From positions 79,236,001-79,300,000 of the forward strand of contig NC_043004.1 in the NCBI RefSeq assembly GCF_006345805.1: 64,000 nucleotides of DNA, written 5' to 3'. Below the pieces are notes generated by a model that worked only from the letters and a program-made list of their open reading frames with translations, had not been told where the DNA came from and made no database searches. This document shows positions 62,256-64,000 of the stretch, piece by piece. The position numbers and the translations under genes are program-made. This DNA is from Octopus sinensis (lineage: Eukaryota). The number at the start of each line of letters is the position of its first letter. The stretch's first letter is position 1.

Positions 62256-62644
62256 ATATATAGGCGCAAGAGTGACTGTGTGGTAAATAGCTTGCTTAAC
62301 AACCACATGGTTCTGGGTTCAGTCCCACTGCGTGGCACCTTGGGCAAGTGTCTTGTAAGTGGCTGACCAATGCTTTGTAAGTAGATTTGGTAGATGGAAA
62401 CTGAAAGAAGCCCAACGTATATATATATGAGTGTGCATTTGTGTGTCCTTGTTTGTCCCCCAACCATCACTTGACAACAGATGCTGGTGTGTTTATGTTC
62501 TTGTAACTTAGTGGTTCGGCAATAAAGAATGATAGAATAAGAACTAGGCTTACAAAGAATAGGCCCTGGGGTTTGATTTCTTCAGCTAAAACCCTTTATG
62601 GTGGTGCTGTAGCATGGCCACAGTCAAATGACTGAAGCAAGTAA

Positions 62645-62670
62645 AATATATATATATATTAACATATACA

Positions 62671-62706
<36 letters not shown>

Positions 62707-63085
62707 CATATGCATATACATGTGTGTGTGTATATATATAATATATGTATGTATGTATATATATATATATAACATATATATGCATGTGTATATATATATG
62801 CATATATATATATATGCATGTGTATATATATATATATATGCATGTGTATATATATATATATATGCATGTGTATATATATATATATGCATGTGTATATATA
62901 TATATATATATATGCATGTGTGTATATATATATATATGCATGTGTGTATATATACATATATATATATGCATGTGTATATATATATATATATGCATGTGTG
63001 TATATATACATATATATATATGCATGTGTGTATATATACATATATATATATGCATGTGTGTATATACATATATATATATATATAC

Positions 63086-63117
<32 letters not shown>

Positions 63118-63258
63118 GCATGTGTGTATATATACATATATATATATATATGCATGTGTGTATATATACATATATATATATATGCATGTGTGTATATATA
63201 CATATATATATATATGCATGTGTGTATATATACATATATATATATATATGTGCATGTG

Positions 63259-63309
<51 letters not shown>

Positions 63310-63540
63310 TTATGTATGTATGTATGTATGTATATATAGTTATGTATGTATATATATATTTATGTATGTATGTATATATATATTTATGTATGTATGTATA
63401 TATATATTTATGTATGTATGTATGTATGTATGTATATATATATTTATGTATGTATGTATGTATGTATATATATATTTATGTATGTATGTATGTATATATA
63501 TATTTATGTATGTATGTATATATATATTTATGTATGTATA
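62645..63540. repeat. ~900-bp compound micro/minisatellite ((TA)n-TGCATGTGTG units, then TTTATG(TATG)n units)
   Basis: Directly visible; source of all the long MYIYTH/VCIY ORFs. Confidence 0.95.
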
Positions 63541-64000
63541 AAATCCTAAATTAAAGTTACTTGCACTATAAACTTCCACTGCCAGAGAAGACTGCATAAA
63601 TTACCCAGCATGAAGCCAGTTAATTTATGCAATCTGTAAGATTTTGTTTGTTTACTTGTTTAGTGGTTTGTAACAAGTTTGACACTGGGGGGGTATCGGG
63701 GGAGGGGGCAACAGTGCACATGACTTTTAAATAAGATTGATGATGTCTGTGTGATTGATTGATGTTTAAACGAAACATCACATCTTTAGAGAGAAAGCAT
63801 AGGCTATGGGGGGGGGGGAGAGCTTCAGTAGACAGCAGGTTTGTGTGGAGGAAGGATTGGGTATTTTATATTTAGTAGAGAATTTGATGAATATGGAAAC
63901 ATAAAGAAAACAACAAGCAGAGGATTGATTTGTTTGCTATAAAGAAGTCGAGAGTTGGATGTCGGATATTCTCTTGTTGTCCAAAAGAGAGGGTTCCGCA

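Noticed and set aside
62586-63597. Long ORFs (up to 289 aa) of MYIYTH/VCIY type, and similar ORFs at 4462, 7842-8322, 14300, 37310, 41189 and 45826
   Set aside because: Translations of TA/TG/CA microsatellites that lack stop codons by composition
57708-64000. Upstream MRPL13 exons
   Set aside because: No segment encoding the HTGYPGG region or the N-terminus was found; they must lie beyond the window

Overview
AT-rich animal genomic DNA. The microsatellite load and SINE/RTE families point to an octopus (inference; no search run). Two host genes are supported by spliced exons. (1) On + at 480-7355 lie the last six coding exons of a FACIT-type collagen: end of COL2, a 28-aa amphipathic NC2, a ~117-aa COL1 with Gly-X-Gly imperfections, and a Cys-containing NC1 ending in IKGP*. 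Sequence and exon sizes (147/55/102+90/78/terminal) closely follow vertebrate collagen IX as I recall it. (2) On - at 57707-48657 lie the last three coding exons of MRPL13. The rest is mostly repeats: a 5'-truncated Penelope-like element (RT + GIY-YIG, Naiad-like) with an Asn-rich insert, at least seven hammerhead-ribozyme motifs in Penelope-type termini (one fused to a tRNA-like SINE head, one in a perfect 61-bp palindrome), a head-to-tail array of four Helitrons (one with a PIF1 helicase remnant), Tc1/mariner, pogo/Tigger, RTE and RLE-type LINE remnants, foldback MITEs, about 40 SINE/RTE-tail copies and long microsatellites. Most listed ORFs are microsatellite artefacts. No CRISPR, rRNA or genuine tRNA gene is supported. 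Repeat boundaries are approximate unless a TSD or TIR is quoted.
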